A stretch of 64,000 bases of DNA from Clostridia bacterium (GCA_045630945.1 JAZQTV010000113.1:8700-72699), one strand, 5' to 3'. Shown: positions 48,312-59,140, counted from the first letter of the stretch. A program made the numbers and translations. Notes: generated by a model not told the origin, from the sequence alone.

Positions 48312-48995
48312 TTATTTCTTGATTTTGTTTTTTACGTATCTGGTGAGTAGTGAGATTATCAGCACACCGATATAGTAAATAAACGGCATTATAACAAGTA
48401 TTGTTGTAAAGTTAGAATCCGTATAATCGTCGGTAAGCACGTTCACAAAGAAGGATTCTAAAACAAATATCACAAGCTGTACCGCGGCAAATACGGGAAT
48501 GGGTAATATCCACGAATCAGTAAGCAAAACCGAATATACACCATAAAGCACAAGATAAACGATAAGCGTAAGTATCATACACTTCATTTTAATGCTTTCG
48601 GGAACGGTAAAATAAAGGAAACTGAATAAGGAAATTGCGGTAAAATGTGTTGCGGCTAATTTTAATATTTCGGAAAGCTTCTTTGTTTTTTTGCTTTTTA
48701 AAAGGGAAAGATTAAAAAGAAGTGCAGGCACCGCCGAAAGAATGAGCGCAAGCGGCATAAGCTGATTTAACGGCTTAATTGCTATAATAACGGCAGATAC
48801 GATTACTGAAGCAAGGCTTGGCAAAAACGCAAGTTGCTTTTTAAGATAAACGGTTGCAAGAAAGCTTATAATTGGTATTCCTGCAGTAATAACGTATGCA
48901 GGGGAAATGGCTTCAACGTTTGCAGTTAATAAAAAGCAGATTATAAGCGCAAAAAATATCGCTGATAATGCGGCAAATATTTTCTTAAGCATCAT
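48312..48995 (-). CDS. hypothetical polytopic membrane protein
   Basis: 227 aa with about 7 hydrophobic segments. ATGA overlap with the upstream gene. TAA stop. Confidence 0.5.
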   Translation of the reverse strand: MMLKKIFAALSAIFFALIICFLLTANVEAISPAYVITAGIPIISFLATVYLKKQLAFLPSLASVIVSAVIIAIKPLNQLMPLALILSAVPALLFNLSLLKSKKTKKLSEILKLAATHFTAISLFSFLYFTVPESIKMKCMILTLIVYLVLYGVYSVLLTDSWILPIPVFAAVQLVIFVLESFFVNVLTDDYTDSNFTTILVIMPFIYYIGVLIISLLTRYVKNKIKK

Positions 48996-51061
48996 TGTTC
49001 CTCCTTTAAATAAAGGTCAATAACGGTGATTCCCGCAGGCGGAATTTTAATCTGGAAGTTGTGTTTGTTTTCCGGATTATCCTTAAATACGTAGTGCAAT
49101 GCACTTGATGCAGTTTCCATCCACTTGGGCGGAAGAATGGGGAAATGGGTGACGGTTTTATGGTCGGCAATATTACTTTTTGATTTTACAAAAGCACGGG
49201 AGTAACCTAATACGCTGTCGTTTAAGATATGCAAGCGATAGGCACCGTCAGCCTGTCTTGTTACTATTGAAGGCTTGTCAATTTTAAACGGCATATCACA
49301 AATATCCTTAAGCACCAAAGCCATTGCTTTAACAAAGCCTTGGGTAACCTTTGAGAAGGTAAGCGTATCGTGAAGCACGTATGAAGGCTCTTTCGCATTA
49401 AGTATATCGGTAAGGTTTTCGGTGCCGTCGTCAACCTTAAGAAGCTCATCCACCTGCGCTTTTATTTCTTCCGAAACGTCAGCGTTAAGTGTAAATGCCT
49501 TTAATGAATAATTACTGAAGCTATCGCTGAAAACGTATTTTGCAGGAATGCCACTAAGGTCAAAATCAGGTGATGCGGTACACATTACGGGACCGTTGTA
49601 GCTGAGCACGGCTTCAAATTCGTCTTGTGGAAGCATATCAATATTCGGTACAAGTAATGCACCGTCGTGATTTTTTAAGCCCTCGGGTTTGATTGTAGCA
49701 CCGCACATTGTACCTTGTTCGGAAAGTGAATAGAAATGCTTGTGCGGAGTCCATCTTCTTGTTTTTATGTATTCGCGAAGCATTCTTTTATGCGCTTCCT
49801 CGGACCAGAGCATTACAGGAGAAAGCACCTTTTCGGCCTTTGCGGATAAGCCTCTTTCAAGGCGCTCACGCTCCCATGCCCAATCTTCCTTTGTAAGTCC
49901 GTCACCGAGGCAAAGAAAATATCCGTCAAGCGCACGGCTTGTGCCATCCCCGTCGATAAGTGAATAAGCCATCATGGTGTATAAATCGCGCTCGTGACGG
50001 GTGGGTGCGTGGTGCATAATACTATATTCTTCGGTTGCGTCGTGCAGACCGAGCATTGAAACAAGCTTCCCCTTGGGAATGTGCGCTGCTGTGGTGGAAG
50101 CAATAGCCATTTGCTTATAGAAGGGATCGTACTTTTTGTTACCACAAACAACGTTGCCTGCGGGCAGAATGTTGGCGGTTATGTAGTCAACGCCTGCTTC
50201 TACTATTTTTCTTAAATCGGTGCCAAGGCAGTAAAGCGTTTCAAAGGGATCGGTGCAGTACATTGCAAGGGTGGTAACCTCCTTGTCAATGGCGTGCAGT
50301 CTTGTGCAAAGCTTTTTAAAGAATTGCTCCCACCGCCAAGCACTGAATTCTATCCATTCGGCACGAAGCTGGGTGTAAATGTATTTTGAACGTATTTTTT
50401 CGCTTTTTTCAGAATTATCGCCCATTGTAGCCATTATTTCTTCAGGAAGCGTAAGCTTTGTGTGCATTAAAAACTGATCCACGAAGTCGGTTGAAAAATC
50501 AATATCGTACATCATACCGCCAAATGCGGGGGAAATGTTATCAGCAAAATGAACACCCTTCATACCGTAATCGGTGAGTGTCTGGCAAATTTTATTAATG
50601 AAAAAGTCCTCGTAATAAGTGCCGTCGTTAAAGCGCTTAAGCACAAAGGTAACACCGTGGGTGCCAAAGCCGCCGTCACCGTCACGGAAGATTTCCTTAT
50701 GATCCTCAATCCATTCGCGGTGGAAACTGCTATCCATATAATTACCGAAAATACTTGCGTAGGTGTTGGTACCCTTCTTTTTAAGGTTTTCGGTAAGTGT
50801 TCTTAAATCGTAGTTAGTCCAGGGTTGACGCTCACGCTCAGCGTTTCTCGGAATACCCCAGTATGCACAGTTATCGGGGGGGAGTACGTATTCCTCATCC
50901 ATGCCGCGATGCAGATTAAAGAAATCCACGTTGCATACAAGAAGGCTTATACCCTCGGGGATAAAGCCTGTCTGATTAAGATAGCGCTCAACACCCTTAT
51001 CTTCATCGTCACGGTTAAAACCGAGAAGATTCATCCAGATAAATACTTTGCCATCTTTCAT
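48992..51061 (-). CDS. hypothetical protein (large, probably glycan-active)
   Basis: 689-aa ORF in an operon with a GH-like gene. TGA stop. No motif I can name. Confidence 0.55.
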   Translation of the reverse strand: MKDGKVFIWMNLLGFNRDDEDKGVERYLNQTGFIPEGISLLVCNVDFFNLHRGMDEEYVLPPDNCAYWGIPRNAERERQPWTNYDLRTLTENLKKKGTNTYASIFGNYMDSSFHREWIEDHKEIFRDGDGGFGTHGVTFVLKRFNDGTYYEDFFINKICQTLTDYGMKGVHFADNISPAFGGMMYDIDFSTDFVDQFLMHTKLTLPEEIMATMGDNSEKSEKIRSKYIYTQLRAEWIEFSAWRWEQFFKKLCTRLHAIDKEVTTLAMYCTDPFETLYCLGTDLRKIVEAGVDYITANILPAGNVVCGNKKYDPFYKQMAIASTTAAHIPKGKLVSMLGLHDATEEYSIMHHAPTRHERDLYTMMAYSLIDGDGTSRALDGYFLCLGDGLTKEDWAWERERLERGLSAKAEKVLSPVMLWSEEAHKRMLREYIKTRRWTPHKHFYSLSEQGTMCGATIKPEGLKNHDGALLVPNIDMLPQDEFEAVLSYNGPVMCTASPDFDLSGIPAKYVFSDSFSNYSLKAFTLNADVSEEIKAQVDELLKVDDGTENLTDILNAKEPSYVLHDTLTFSKVTQGFVKAMALVLKDICDMPFKIDKPSIVTRQADGAYRLHILNDSVLGYSRAFVKSKSNIADHKTVTHFPILPPKWMETASSALHYVFKDNPENKHNFQIKIPPAGITVIDLYLKEEQ

Positions 51062-51071
51062 AAAATATCTC

Positions 51072-52364
51072 CTATTTAACGTTAAACACTAAAACTGAAT
51101 TTGCAGGCAGGTAACCGTTAAAATCGTAATTTTTAAAGCCGTTTTTGCCGATTATCTTGCATTCGGTAACGTTGCTTAAGCCGCAAAAATCAATGGTTAA
51201 ATTAACCTTTTTCGTGTTAGTGTTTGCAATAACAAGGGTGCCTGTGATATCCTTTGCCGCTACCGCATAAACGTTCCTGGGAAGCTCGCCTACAAAAACC
51301 TGAGCGCCCTTTGAATAAAGCTCACCAAACGCCTTGAAGCTATAGTATGCAGGAAGCGGCTTATAGGTCATACAGTTAAACATACCTGCGTAAGTGCCCA
51401 TTCCAAGACGTGCATCGTAGAACATAGCCATATCAAGCGATGAATTTTGAAGCGCAAGCATATTTCCCATGGAAAGTGCCGCGTGACGAAGCGTGCCCTT
51501 AAGGTCGGGTGAAACGTTCCACTCGTTTAAGTTGTGCTCACAATCCTTGTAGCCTGCTTCATCAAGCATTTTGCGTGCATATTCTGCCCATACTATATTG
51601 TCTTCAATGCCTGCATAGCTATGCCATGAAAAGAAATCCATAGGAGTTTTGCGTTCTTTTATGTATTGCAAAAAGCCTTCGAAAAATTCAATAAAGAATT
51701 CAAATCTTGATGAGCTGTTTCCAAATTCGTTCTTTGCTTGAGTAAGTGCGTAAAAGCCGCAGCTTGCGAATCCGCCTATTTTAAGGTGGGGGAAGCAAGC
51801 CTTTAAGTGCTTTGCGGTAACGTCATAAAGCTGATAGTACTGTAAGGGTGTGCCTGTCCACATTTGATTGTCTTCAGGGCTTTCAAAGTTATCAGGCTCG
51901 TTCCAGATTTCCCAATAGGTAATATTATAATTGAAGCCGCCTGCCCAGCCCTCTGTATAGTGACGGATAACGTGCTCGCAAATTCTTGCCCATTTCAAGT
52001 TATCTTTCGGGGGATCAATATGGTATGCCTTTATTTTTGCGTAGTTTTCAATGGTAACGCCAAGGCGGAAGAATGGTTCAACACCCCGTTCCACAAGCGC
52101 GGTAATAAGGCGGTCGGTAAAAGCAAAATCGTATGATTCGGGGGCATTCTCATCCGCATCAAAATCCCTGAACAGATTGGGTATATCAACAAATACGTTC
52201 CTTCCGTAAGCGCCGCCCACGTCGTGAAGGCGTGAATAGGGAATATTCGCATCTTTAAGATAATCTATATATTTAAAATTCATACCGATAAACGGTGGCT
52301 GACCTACTGCGTGCATTGGCTTTACGGTGCCTACAACCCTTGAAAAATCTACGGAAACGTTCAT
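51072..52364 (-). CDS. TIM-barrel glycoside hydrolase (GH39/GH5-like)
   Basis: YWEIWNEPD acid/base-type motif and a beta-sandwich C-terminus. Ends at TAG, which lies within the next gene's RBS (TAGGAG). Confidence 0.6.
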   Translation of the reverse strand: MNVSVDFSRVVGTVKPMHAVGQPPFIGMNFKYIDYLKDANIPYSRLHDVGGAYGRNVFVDIPNLFRDFDADENAPESYDFAFTDRLITALVERGVEPFFRLGVTIENYAKIKAYHIDPPKDNLKWARICEHVIRHYTEGWAGGFNYNITYWEIWNEPDNFESPEDNQMWTGTPLQYYQLYDVTAKHLKACFPHLKIGGFASCGFYALTQAKNEFGNSSSRFEFFIEFFEGFLQYIKERKTPMDFFSWHSYAGIEDNIVWAEYARKMLDEAGYKDCEHNLNEWNVSPDLKGTLRHAALSMGNMLALQNSSLDMAMFYDARLGMGTYAGMFNCMTYKPLPAYYSFKAFGELYSKGAQVFVGELPRNVYAVAAKDITGTLVIANTNTKKVNLTIDFCGLSNVTECKIIGKNGFKNYDFNGYLPANSVLVFNVK

Positions 52365-52474
52365 GAAAATCCTCCCTGAATTTATTATAAGTATTTTAAT
52401 TTAAAAAGAATGGTATGTCAATATTAAATTCACTGTGTTTGTTTCCTGCCCTGCAAAAAATCCCCGCCTAAATA

Positions 52475-52503
52475 TTGACTTTTAAGGGGAGTGAGGGTAT
52501 AAT
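52475..52503 (+). promoter_or_regulatory. promoter of the 52522 operon
   Basis: TTGACT (52475-52480), 17-nt spacer, TATAAT (52498-52503). Confidence 0.6.
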
Positions 52504-52521
52504 TGAGAGGAGGTGAATTTG

Positions 52522-53172
52522 ATGATTAAGTTTATAAGCGATAACCACGCTTTTGATTTTATTGGAGAACTTGAAAGCTATAAGCCTGAAAATGAGGACG
52601 ATCTTCTGATTGTTTTAGGCGATACGTGCTTTAAACTTGCGGATATTGAAAAGTATAATGAATTTGATAAGTGGCTTTTAAGCCGTGATTATAAGATTGC
52701 TGTTGTTGAGGGCAATCACGAGAATTATGAGTATTTAGACGGGTGCAAGGAAGAAATATGGTGCGGCGGCAAGGTGAACAGAATAAACGAAAACGTTGTG
52801 CGGTTAAGGCGCGGTGAGATATACACAATTGAGGGCAATACGTTCTTTGCGTTTGGCGGGTGTGATTCAAGCGAAAAGTGGAAGGCAAAGGGCTTGTGGC
52901 ACGAAGGGGATATTCCTACACGCGAACAGCTTGACAACGCATACGAAAACCTTAAAAAAGCAGGATACAAGGTAGATTACGTGCTTACGCACAAGTATTT
53001 CTGCAATCAATGCTTTGTGCATCCCGGTGAAAACGAGCATACGCTTTTTATGCTTAATCGATTCATTGATAATAATGTTTCGTTTAAACGGTGGTATTCG
53101 GGACACAGGCACGAGGACAGAGATATTGACGATAAACACAGAGTAGTGTACAACAAATTAAGGGGGCTTTAA
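52522..53172 (+). CDS. metallophosphoesterase family protein
   Basis: ATG at 52522 follows GGAGG. LIVLGDTCF, VVEGNHEN and a later HRHE motif. TAA stop. Confidence 0.65.
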   Translation: MIKFISDNHAFDFIGELESYKPENEDDLLIVLGDTCFKLADIEKYNEFDKWLLSRDYKIAVVEGNHENYEYLDGCKEEIWCGGKVNRINENVVRLRRGEIYTIEGNTFFAFGGCDSSEKWKAKGLWHEGDIPTREQLDNAYENLKKAGYKVDYVLTHKYFCNQCFVHPGENEHTLFMLNRFIDNNVSFKRWYSGHRHEDRDIDDKHRVVYNKLRGL

Positions 53173-53173
53173 A

Positions 53174-53980
53174 ATGTTATTAAGCAGAAATTCACAAGGT
53201 AGAGGACTTGAATATTATAAAATGCTTAAGGAGGCAGGCTGGCAGGCGATAGATATAAACGAAACCTGCGATCCTTCCAAGTTTTATGAATATAGCGAGG
53301 AAGCATACAATTACGTTAAAGAGGTAATAAAAAATATTACGGATGCAGGGCTTATCGTTGGGCAATGCCACGCGCCTATGGCTGAATGGTACAACGGCAA
53401 GACTGAAGAAGAAATTGAACGGCGCATTGTAAGTGTTGTTAATTGCACCCGCATAGCAGGTGAATTGAATATTCCCTGCACCATCATGCATCCTTTCATA
53501 TACTCGTGGTCAGAGGATGACCCCGACCCTGAACGCACGTTTAACCTTAACGCAGAATATCTTAAAAGAGTGTGCGCAGTGGCAGGCAATACCAGGGTGT
53601 GCCTTGAAAATATGCCGGGATACCATGGCTTTATAACCAACGGCACTGAAATGAAGAAAATGCTTGAGGCGGTTGGCGAAAATTTATATGTGTGCGTTGA
53701 TACGGGACACGCCGCTTCAAACAGGGTGAAAATGAGTGATTTTGCGGAGAACGTAGGCGAAAAAATCATTGCGCTTCACGTTCACGATAGCTTGCTTGGC
53801 GCAGATAAGCACGTTCTGCCGTATACGGGCGATTTTGATTGGCAGGATTTTAAGGAATTCCTTAAAAGCTATAAAGGTACCCTTAACAGCGAAACAAGCT
53901 TTTCAGTAAAATTACCTAACGAAAGACGGCTCGAATGGGAAACCTGTGAGCGTAAGGTTTTTGAAACGCTTATGATGTGA
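53174..53980 (+). CDS. sugar phosphate isomerase/epimerase (xylose isomerase-like TIM barrel)
   Basis: CLENMPG, VDTGHA and LHVHD metal-ligand blocks. TGA stop. Confidence 0.7.
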   Translation: MLLSRNSQGRGLEYYKMLKEAGWQAIDINETCDPSKFYEYSEEAYNYVKEVIKNITDAGLIVGQCHAPMAEWYNGKTEEEIERRIVSVVNCTRIAGELNIPCTIMHPFIYSWSEDDPDPERTFNLNAEYLKRVCAVAGNTRVCLENMPGYHGFITNGTEMKKMLEAVGENLYVCVDTGHAASNRVKMSDFAENVGEKIIALHVHDSLLGADKHVLPYTGDFDWQDFKEFLKSYKGTLNSETSFSVKLPNERRLEWETCERKVFETLMM

Positions 53981-54083
53981 AAATAAAAGATGCTGATTCA
54001 ATTAAAATCAGCATCTTACATAAAATGAATATATGCGCATAAGTGCATATGCGGCTTAAATAGGGGGATTTAAGCGGTGATAA

Positions 54084-54110
54084 TAAAAAAACGGCAGATT
54101 TCTGCCGTTT
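54084..54110 (-). terminator. rho-independent terminator of yqeY
   Basis: Stem aaacggcaga / tctgccgttt followed by a T-run on the minus strand. Confidence 0.7.
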
Positions 54111-54127
54111 AGTTTTTTACGTATGAA

Positions 54128-54565
54128 TTACTTGCAAAGGTCAGCAACAATTTGATTGATAAGCTTGCCGTCAGCCTTGCCCTTAAGCTGAGCCATCGCG
54201 GTACGCATTATCATACCCTTGTTTTTTGCTTCGATAAGCTCACTGCAGTTTGCTTTAAGGAATTCAACTATCTCGCTTTCGCTCATAAGCTTGGGTGCGT
54301 AGGCTTCAACAGCGTTAAGCTTCTGCGTATATTCATCTAAAAGATCCTGTCTTTCCTTGGGACAGGTATCAACCTGTTCCTTTAATGACTTAACTTCTTT
54401 TAAAATAACGCGGTCAACCAATTCTTCAGGAATGTTATCACGAACACCCTCGTCAATAGCAACCTTCTTAACAGCGGCGATAAGTGCAGAAACAGCATCC
54501 TTTTTGATTTTGTCCTTCGCCTTCATTGCGGCGATCATTTCCTTTTGAAGCATTTCAAATTGCAT
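54128..54565 (-). CDS. yqeY: GatB/YqeY domain-containing protein
   Basis: ATG at 54565 follows AAGGAGGAA (MQFEMLQKEMIAAMKAKDK...). Typical YqeY helical sequence. TAA stop. Confidence 0.85.
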   Translation of the reverse strand: MQFEMLQKEMIAAMKAKDKIKKDAVSALIAAVKKVAIDEGVRDNIPEELVDRVILKEVKSLKEQVDTCPKERQDLLDEYTQKLNAVEAYAPKLMSESEIVEFLKANCSELIEAKNKGMIMRTAMAQLKGKADGKLINQIVADLCK

Positions 54566-54696
54566 ATATAATTCCTCCTTTAAGGATATATTTTTAAATA
54601 TTATATTATTAACTTGAAAAATCGTCAATAAACTAATTGCAAAATATCATAAATTTTGGTACAATACTGTAAATACTTTTAGAAAAGGTGTATTTT

Positions 54697-56343
54697 ATGG
54701 AAGAAACAAGAAAGAATTTTATTCAGGAAATCGTTGAGAACGATATAAAGGAAAGCGATGGCAAAATAAACATCGTTACCCGTTTTCCTCCCGAGCCTAA
54801 CGGATATTTACATATCGGTCACGCAAAGGCTATATGCGTTGACTTTGGTATTGCAAGAAAATATAACGGCAAGTGCAATCTTCGCATGGATGATACCAAT
54901 CCCGCAAAGGAAGATAACTTCTACGTTGAAGCTATTAAGAAGGACGTTGAGTGGCTTGGCTTCAAGTACGATAACTTCTGCTTTGCGGCAGACTATTTTG
55001 AAGAAATGTACAATCAGGCGGTTGTTCTTATTAAAAAAGGCCTTGCATTCGTTTGCGATATGACCGCTGATGAAATTAAGGAAAGCCGCGGCACACTTAC
55101 CGAGCCCGGCAAGGAAAGCCCCTACCGCAACAGAAGCGTTGAAGAAAACCTTGATTTGTTCAAGCGTATGCGCGCAGGTGAATTTGAGGACGGCGCAAAG
55201 GTGCTTCGTGCAAAAATCGATATGGCTTCACCTAATATCAATATGCGTGACCCCATCATCTACCGTATTTTAAGAATGGAACATTATCGTACGGGCAACG
55301 ATTGGTTGATCTATCCCATGTATGACTATGCTCATCCCATTGAGGATATGCTTGAAAACGTTACACATTCTATTTGTACGCTTGAGTTTGAGGATCACCG
55401 TCCCCTTTACGATTGGGTTGTTCAGAACGTTGATATTGATGCAAAGCCCAGACAGATAGAATTTGCACGTCTTAATATGACGCGTACCATTATGAGTAAG
55501 CGTTATCTTAAAAAGCTTGTTGATGAACAGAGCGTATCAGGCTGGGATGACCCCCGTATGCCTACCATTGCAGGCTTGAGAAGACGCGGTTATACTCCTG
55601 AAGCTATCCGCGATTTCTGTGACCGCATCGGTGTTGCAAAGAGCAATTCCGTTGTTGAAGCCGCACTTCTTGAGCATTGTGTCCGTGAGGATCTTCAGGC
55701 AAAGACCGAGCGCAGAATGGCTGTGCTCGACCCCATAAAGCTTGTTATTGATAACTATCCCGAAAACGAAACAGAGTATCTTTCCACCGAAAACGGAAGT
55801 GAAGAAGAAAACGGCACAAGACTTGTTCCTTTTTCACGTGAGCTTTATATCGGCGGTGATGATTTTATGATCGATCCCCCCAAGAAGTTCTTCCGTCTTT
55901 TCGTTGGCGGTGAGGTTCGCTTAAAGAGTGCTTACATCGTTAAGTGCACAAGCTACGAAACCGATGAAAACGGCAACGTTACCGTTGTACATTGTGAATA
56001 TGATCCCGAAACAAAATCCGGTATGAGCGGTGCTGATCGCAAGGTTAAGGGTACGCTTCATTGGGTGGATGCAAAGACGGCAGTTCCTTTCGAAGCAAGA
56101 CTTTACGATTATCTTCTTGATGAGCGTGAGGGCGAGGGACTTGATTTCTCCGAACGCGTAAACGAATATTCACTTATTGTTAAGAACGGTTTTGCCGAAG
56201 AAAGCCTTAAGGATGCTAACGTGGGCGATTCATTCCAGTTTATCCGCGTAGGCTATTTCCGTAAGGATGAGGATAGCGCCGCAACCCCCGTATTTAATCG
56301 TATTGTGGGGCTTAGGGATACTTGGGCAAAACTCAATAAGTAA
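54697..56343 (+). CDS. glnS: glutamine--tRNA ligase
   Basis: [17 protein letters not shown] (HIGH) and IMSKR (KMSKS) motifs, plus a C-terminal anticodon-binding beta-barrel region. TAA stop. Confidence 0.93.
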   Translation: MEETRKNFIQEIVENDIKESDGKINIVTRFPPEPNGYLHIGHAKAICVDFGIARKYNGKCNLRMDDTNPAKEDNFYVEAIKKDVEWLGFKYDNFCFAADYFEEMYNQAVVLIKKGLAFVCDMTADEIKESRGTLTEPGKESPYRNRSVEENLDLFKRMRAGEFEDGAKVLRAKIDMASPNINMRDPIIYRILRMEHYRTGNDWLIYPMYDYAHPIEDMLENVTHSICTLEFEDHRPLYDWVVQNVDIDAKPRQIEFARLNMTRTIMSKRYLKKLVDEQSVSGWDDPRMPTIAGLRRRGYTPEAIRDFCDRIGVAKSNSVVEAALLEHCVREDLQAKTERRMAVLDPIKLVIDNYPENETEYLSTENGSEEENGTRLVPFSRELYIGGDDFMIDPPKKFFRLFVGGEVRLKSAYIVKCTSYETDENGNVTVVHCEYDPETKSGMSGADRKVKGTLHWVDAKTAVPFEARLYDYLLDEREGEGLDFSERVNEYSLIVKNGFAEESLKDANVGDSFQFIRVGYFRKDEDSAATPVFNRIVGLRDTWAKLNK

Positions 56344-56350
56344 AAAATCC

Positions 56351-56393
56351 AATATTCCGCTTTAAACAAGCCCACGCGACCGCGTGGGCTTTT
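56351..56393 (+). repeat. glnS terminator module, copy 1 of a 43-bp direct repeat
   Basis: aatattccgctttaaacaagcccacgcgaccgcgtgggctttt. Hairpin cccacgc/gcgtggg plus a T-run. Confidence 0.85.
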
Positions 56394-56505
56394 CCTGTGT
56401 TGCACGCGGTATAAAAGCGCGGTCATTTACCAAAATGTAAACTCCCTTGCTTTTAACCGAGTGCGCCTTGGCTTAAAGCGTTTATTGGATTTTTTTGAAG
56501 ATTGG

Positions 56506-56548
56506 AATATTCCGCTTTAAACAAGCCCACGCGGTCGCGTGGGCTTTT
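56506..56548 (+). repeat. terminator module, copy 2 of the 43-bp direct repeat
   Basis: aatattccgctttaaacaagcccacgcggtcgcgtgggctttt. Identical to copy 1 except for the two central loop bases (ac versus gt). Confidence 0.85.
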
Positions 56549-56567
56549 TATTTTGTAGAATCCATCA

Positions 56568-56598
56568 CAAAAAAACAGCGCCGTAAAGACGCTGTTTA
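56568..56598 (-). terminator. rho-independent terminator of the TIR cassette
   Basis: Stem aaacagcg / cgctgttt followed by T7 on the minus strand, directly after the TAA of the TIR-GNAT gene. Confidence 0.7.
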
Positions 56599-56601
56599 TT
56601 A

Positions 56602-57954
56602 TTATACCTTGGTATAAATGACACAACTGCATACGCAGGGGTTGCCGCATTGGGGACAATTAAAGCCTTCGCGAATGCTTGATTCGTACCAATATTTAGG
56701 TATTTCAAGCTCCTTTGTAAAGCCTAAGTTTTCAAGCACCGAACCGATGTTGATAATTCCTGCGTGCTTCCAGGCGGTGCTGATAAAGCAGTTGATTCCC
56801 TTTTCCTTCATATTTGAAATGCTTTTTTCAATTAGAGCGGTGCCGATACCGTACTTTTTAAAACATTCGTCGGTGGCAACGGTAGCAATATAGCCGATAG
56901 CGGATGCAAACATCATATTGCGGAACTGATGTCCTTTGGAAATTTCTTCTGCATCCTCGTATGAAATGTGCTTATAAAGGCTGAAACCGATGATGCTTTT
57001 GGTTGAATTGTGCTCCGCAACGATTATTTCGTCAGAAAGGTCTTCATCAAGGGTTTTCTTGAGGCGTTCCTTTGTGAGATAGCCGCTGCCAAGCTGTTCA
57101 TCGGCAATACGTATCACTGTGGGAAAATCTTCAATGGTGGCTTTGCGTATGGTGTAATCCTTGAACTTCCTTTTAAAAATATACTTGCCTGTTGTAATGG
57201 TGTTATTAACGTTATCGTAGCCTGACCAGAAGCCTTCAAGTGTGTTTGCATCAACCACGTTAAGAAAGAACGTGCCGATGCCGTCGTCAAGTGAAGAATT
57301 GGCAAAGTAAGTGCCCACAAGCCTCTTTTTGCCGTACATTCTTGCACGGATATTCCACGCCTGCGATGAACCGAACCACGTTTTGCCGGTAATGTATCCC
57401 ATAAAGCTTTTTAATACTACGGGTGCGCGGCGCATAACCACGTGACCGTCCTCAATATCCTCGTAATATGAAACGTATTCGTCGTTTATCTTAAAGCGCT
57501 TTGATTCTGCACCGTATATCTGCTGACTGTCCTTTTGTTTAGCGCGTTGCAGGGATTCGGCTAATATATCAAGGCGTGAGGAAATAGTTTGCTCCGAATA
57601 CTCTATTGCCTGAAACATTCTTAATACGTCAAGGTCTTCCCTCAAGTCTTCGGGGTAGGTGAAGCCTTCCTCAATCAAGACTATTACGTTAAGGTTATAT
57701 TCGATGGCAGTTTTTATTTCCTTATAAACCCAATCATCGTCATTGTTGCACCTGTCAAGCGCGCCCTTTGAAAGAATAAGCACGTAGTTAAGTGCGTGAA
57801 TAAGATTGTTCTTTAATTGCTCGTCAAAACGCCCCGAGCTCATTCCCGTTATATCGTAAAACGGATTATAACCCTTTAATTTTAAATAGTCATATACTCT
57901 TGCGGCTATTGCACCGCCGCCTACACGACGATAGCTTATAAAGGTATCAAACAT
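56602..57954 (-). CDS. TIR domain - unknown middle domain - GNAT acetyltransferase - Cys-cluster fusion protein
   Basis: ATG at 57954 follows GAGGAA (MFDTFISYRRVGG...). TIR-like blocks FISYRR...DDWVYKEIKTAI. C-terminal GNAT motif A KKYGIGTALIEK. Terminal CPQCGNPCVCSC. TAA stop. Confidence 0.75.
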   Translation of the reverse strand: MFDTFISYRRVGGGAIAARVYDYLKLKGYNPFYDITGMSSGRFDEQLKNNLIHALNYVLILSKGALDRCNNDDDWVYKEIKTAIEYNLNVIVLIEEGFTYPEDLREDLDVLRMFQAIEYSEQTISSRLDILAESLQRAKQKDSQQIYGAESKRFKINDEYVSYYEDIEDGHVVMRRAPVVLKSFMGYITGKTWFGSSQAWNIRARMYGKKRLVGTYFANSSLDDGIGTFFLNVVDANTLEGFWSGYDNVNNTITTGKYIFKRKFKDYTIRKATIEDFPTVIRIADEQLGSGYLTKERLKKTLDEDLSDEIIVAEHNSTKSIIGFSLYKHISYEDAEEISKGHQFRNMMFASAIGYIATVATDECFKKYGIGTALIEKSISNMKEKGINCFISTAWKHAGIINIGSVLENLGFTKELEIPKYWYESSIREGFNCPQCGNPCVCSCVIYTKV

Positions 57955-57977
57955 TATTATATTCCTCAAAAAACATC

Positions 57978-59120
57978 CTAATTTTTTATTACCCAAGTGT
58001 CTTTGGGAAAGGTTCTGCCAAAGAATTTCTTATATTCCGTTTTCTTGTACACGTATGCTTTTTGTAATTTGCGGCATTCTTCAAAGGCGCAGGCGCCGAT
58101 TTCCGTTACGGTTTCGGGAATGGCTATGGTTTGAAGGTTAATGCAAGCTGAAAAGCTATTATCTAAGATGGTTTCAAGCCCGTGCGAAAGCGTTACACTT
58201 TCAAGGCTGTCGCAAAATGCAAAGGCAAATTGATCAATAATTTTTACACTTTGGGGGATGACGATGGATTTAAGTTTATGGCATAATGAGAACATATTGT
58301 TTGCTATAAGCGTCAGACCCTCACCCAACGTAACGTCAGAAAGCTTTGTGCAGCCAAGGAATATTGCGTTTCCAAGCGTAGCTACGCTACCGGGAATATT
58401 AACGCTTGTAAGCTCCGTGCACGATTGGAATGCGGCTTGACCGATTTCACGAACACTGTCGGGAATAAAAACCTTGGTTACACTTGTTGAACTAAATGCC
58501 GAGTGACCGATTACGGTAATTCCGTCGGGAATTATTACCTCACCGCCGCTTCCTTTGTATTCAAGCAAAACGTTATTCTGTATAAGAAAGTCACCGTCGT
58601 TGTTATGTAATGAAGTTTGCGTTTTTTGCTGTGCCTGAGGCGTTACTTTAGCACTATCATCCTGCGGAATTTTGTTCAGGCAGGGGGTAAGCATTTCAGA
58701 AAGTGAAAGCTCATCAATAAATGAATCAAGATTTGCGTGGCGGTAGTAAAACATTGCCTGCGAAAGACCAAGGCGCATACGCATACCGCCCGTAAGCTCA
58801 AATTCATCAAGGTAAACCGTCATGGTGGGCTTACCAAGGTCTATTGCATAATTGATTTCCTGACGGCAATTAAATGAAGCAACTGCCGCAGGCGATAAAA
58901 AAGCAATCACGCACGTGGCATCCTCAAGGCGCTTTGCTATATAATCGGGCCATTCCGTTCCTGCTTTAATGCCTTCATCATACCAAACGTTAAAGCCAAG
59001 CGCGGAAAGCCTTTTTATAATGGGCAAAACGCGGTCACTATCCTTGTGTGCATAGCTTATAAATATGTATTGTTCGCTTTTTTTGATAAGCGTTTCCTGC
59101 AAAACGTCGCTTGCAGCCAT
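57978..59120 (-). CDS. TIR domain protein with seven BspA-type leucine-rich repeats
   Basis: N-terminal IFISYAHKDSDRV...WYDEGIKAGTEW...FLSPAAVASFNCRQEINYAI (TIR_2-like). Seven 23-aa repeats of pattern IPxSVxxIGxxAFxxCxxLxxV. No signal peptide. Ends at TAG. Confidence 0.8.
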   Translation of the reverse strand: MAASDVLQETLIKKSEQYIFISYAHKDSDRVLPIIKRLSALGFNVWYDEGIKAGTEWPDYIAKRLEDATCVIAFLSPAAVASFNCRQEINYAIDLGKPTMTVYLDEFELTGGMRMRLGLSQAMFYYRHANLDSFIDELSLSEMLTPCLNKIPQDDSAKVTPQAQQKTQTSLHNNDGDFLIQNNVLLEYKGSGGEVIIPDGITVIGHSAFSSTSVTKVFIPDSVREIGQAAFQSCTELTSVNIPGSVATLGNAIFLGCTKLSDVTLGEGLTLIANNMFSLCHKLKSIVIPQSVKIIDQFAFAFCDSLESVTLSHGLETILDNSFSACINLQTIAIPETVTEIGACAFEECRKLQKAYVYKKTEYKKFFGRTFPKDTWVIKN

Positions 59121-59140
59121 AAAATCACCGCCTTTTTCTT

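Noticed and set aside
56453-56659. 68-aa minus-strand ORF covering the duplicated-terminator region.
   Set aside because: It overlaps the 3' end of the TIR-GNAT gene and two terminator hairpins. It has no RBS and its composition is implausible for a protein.
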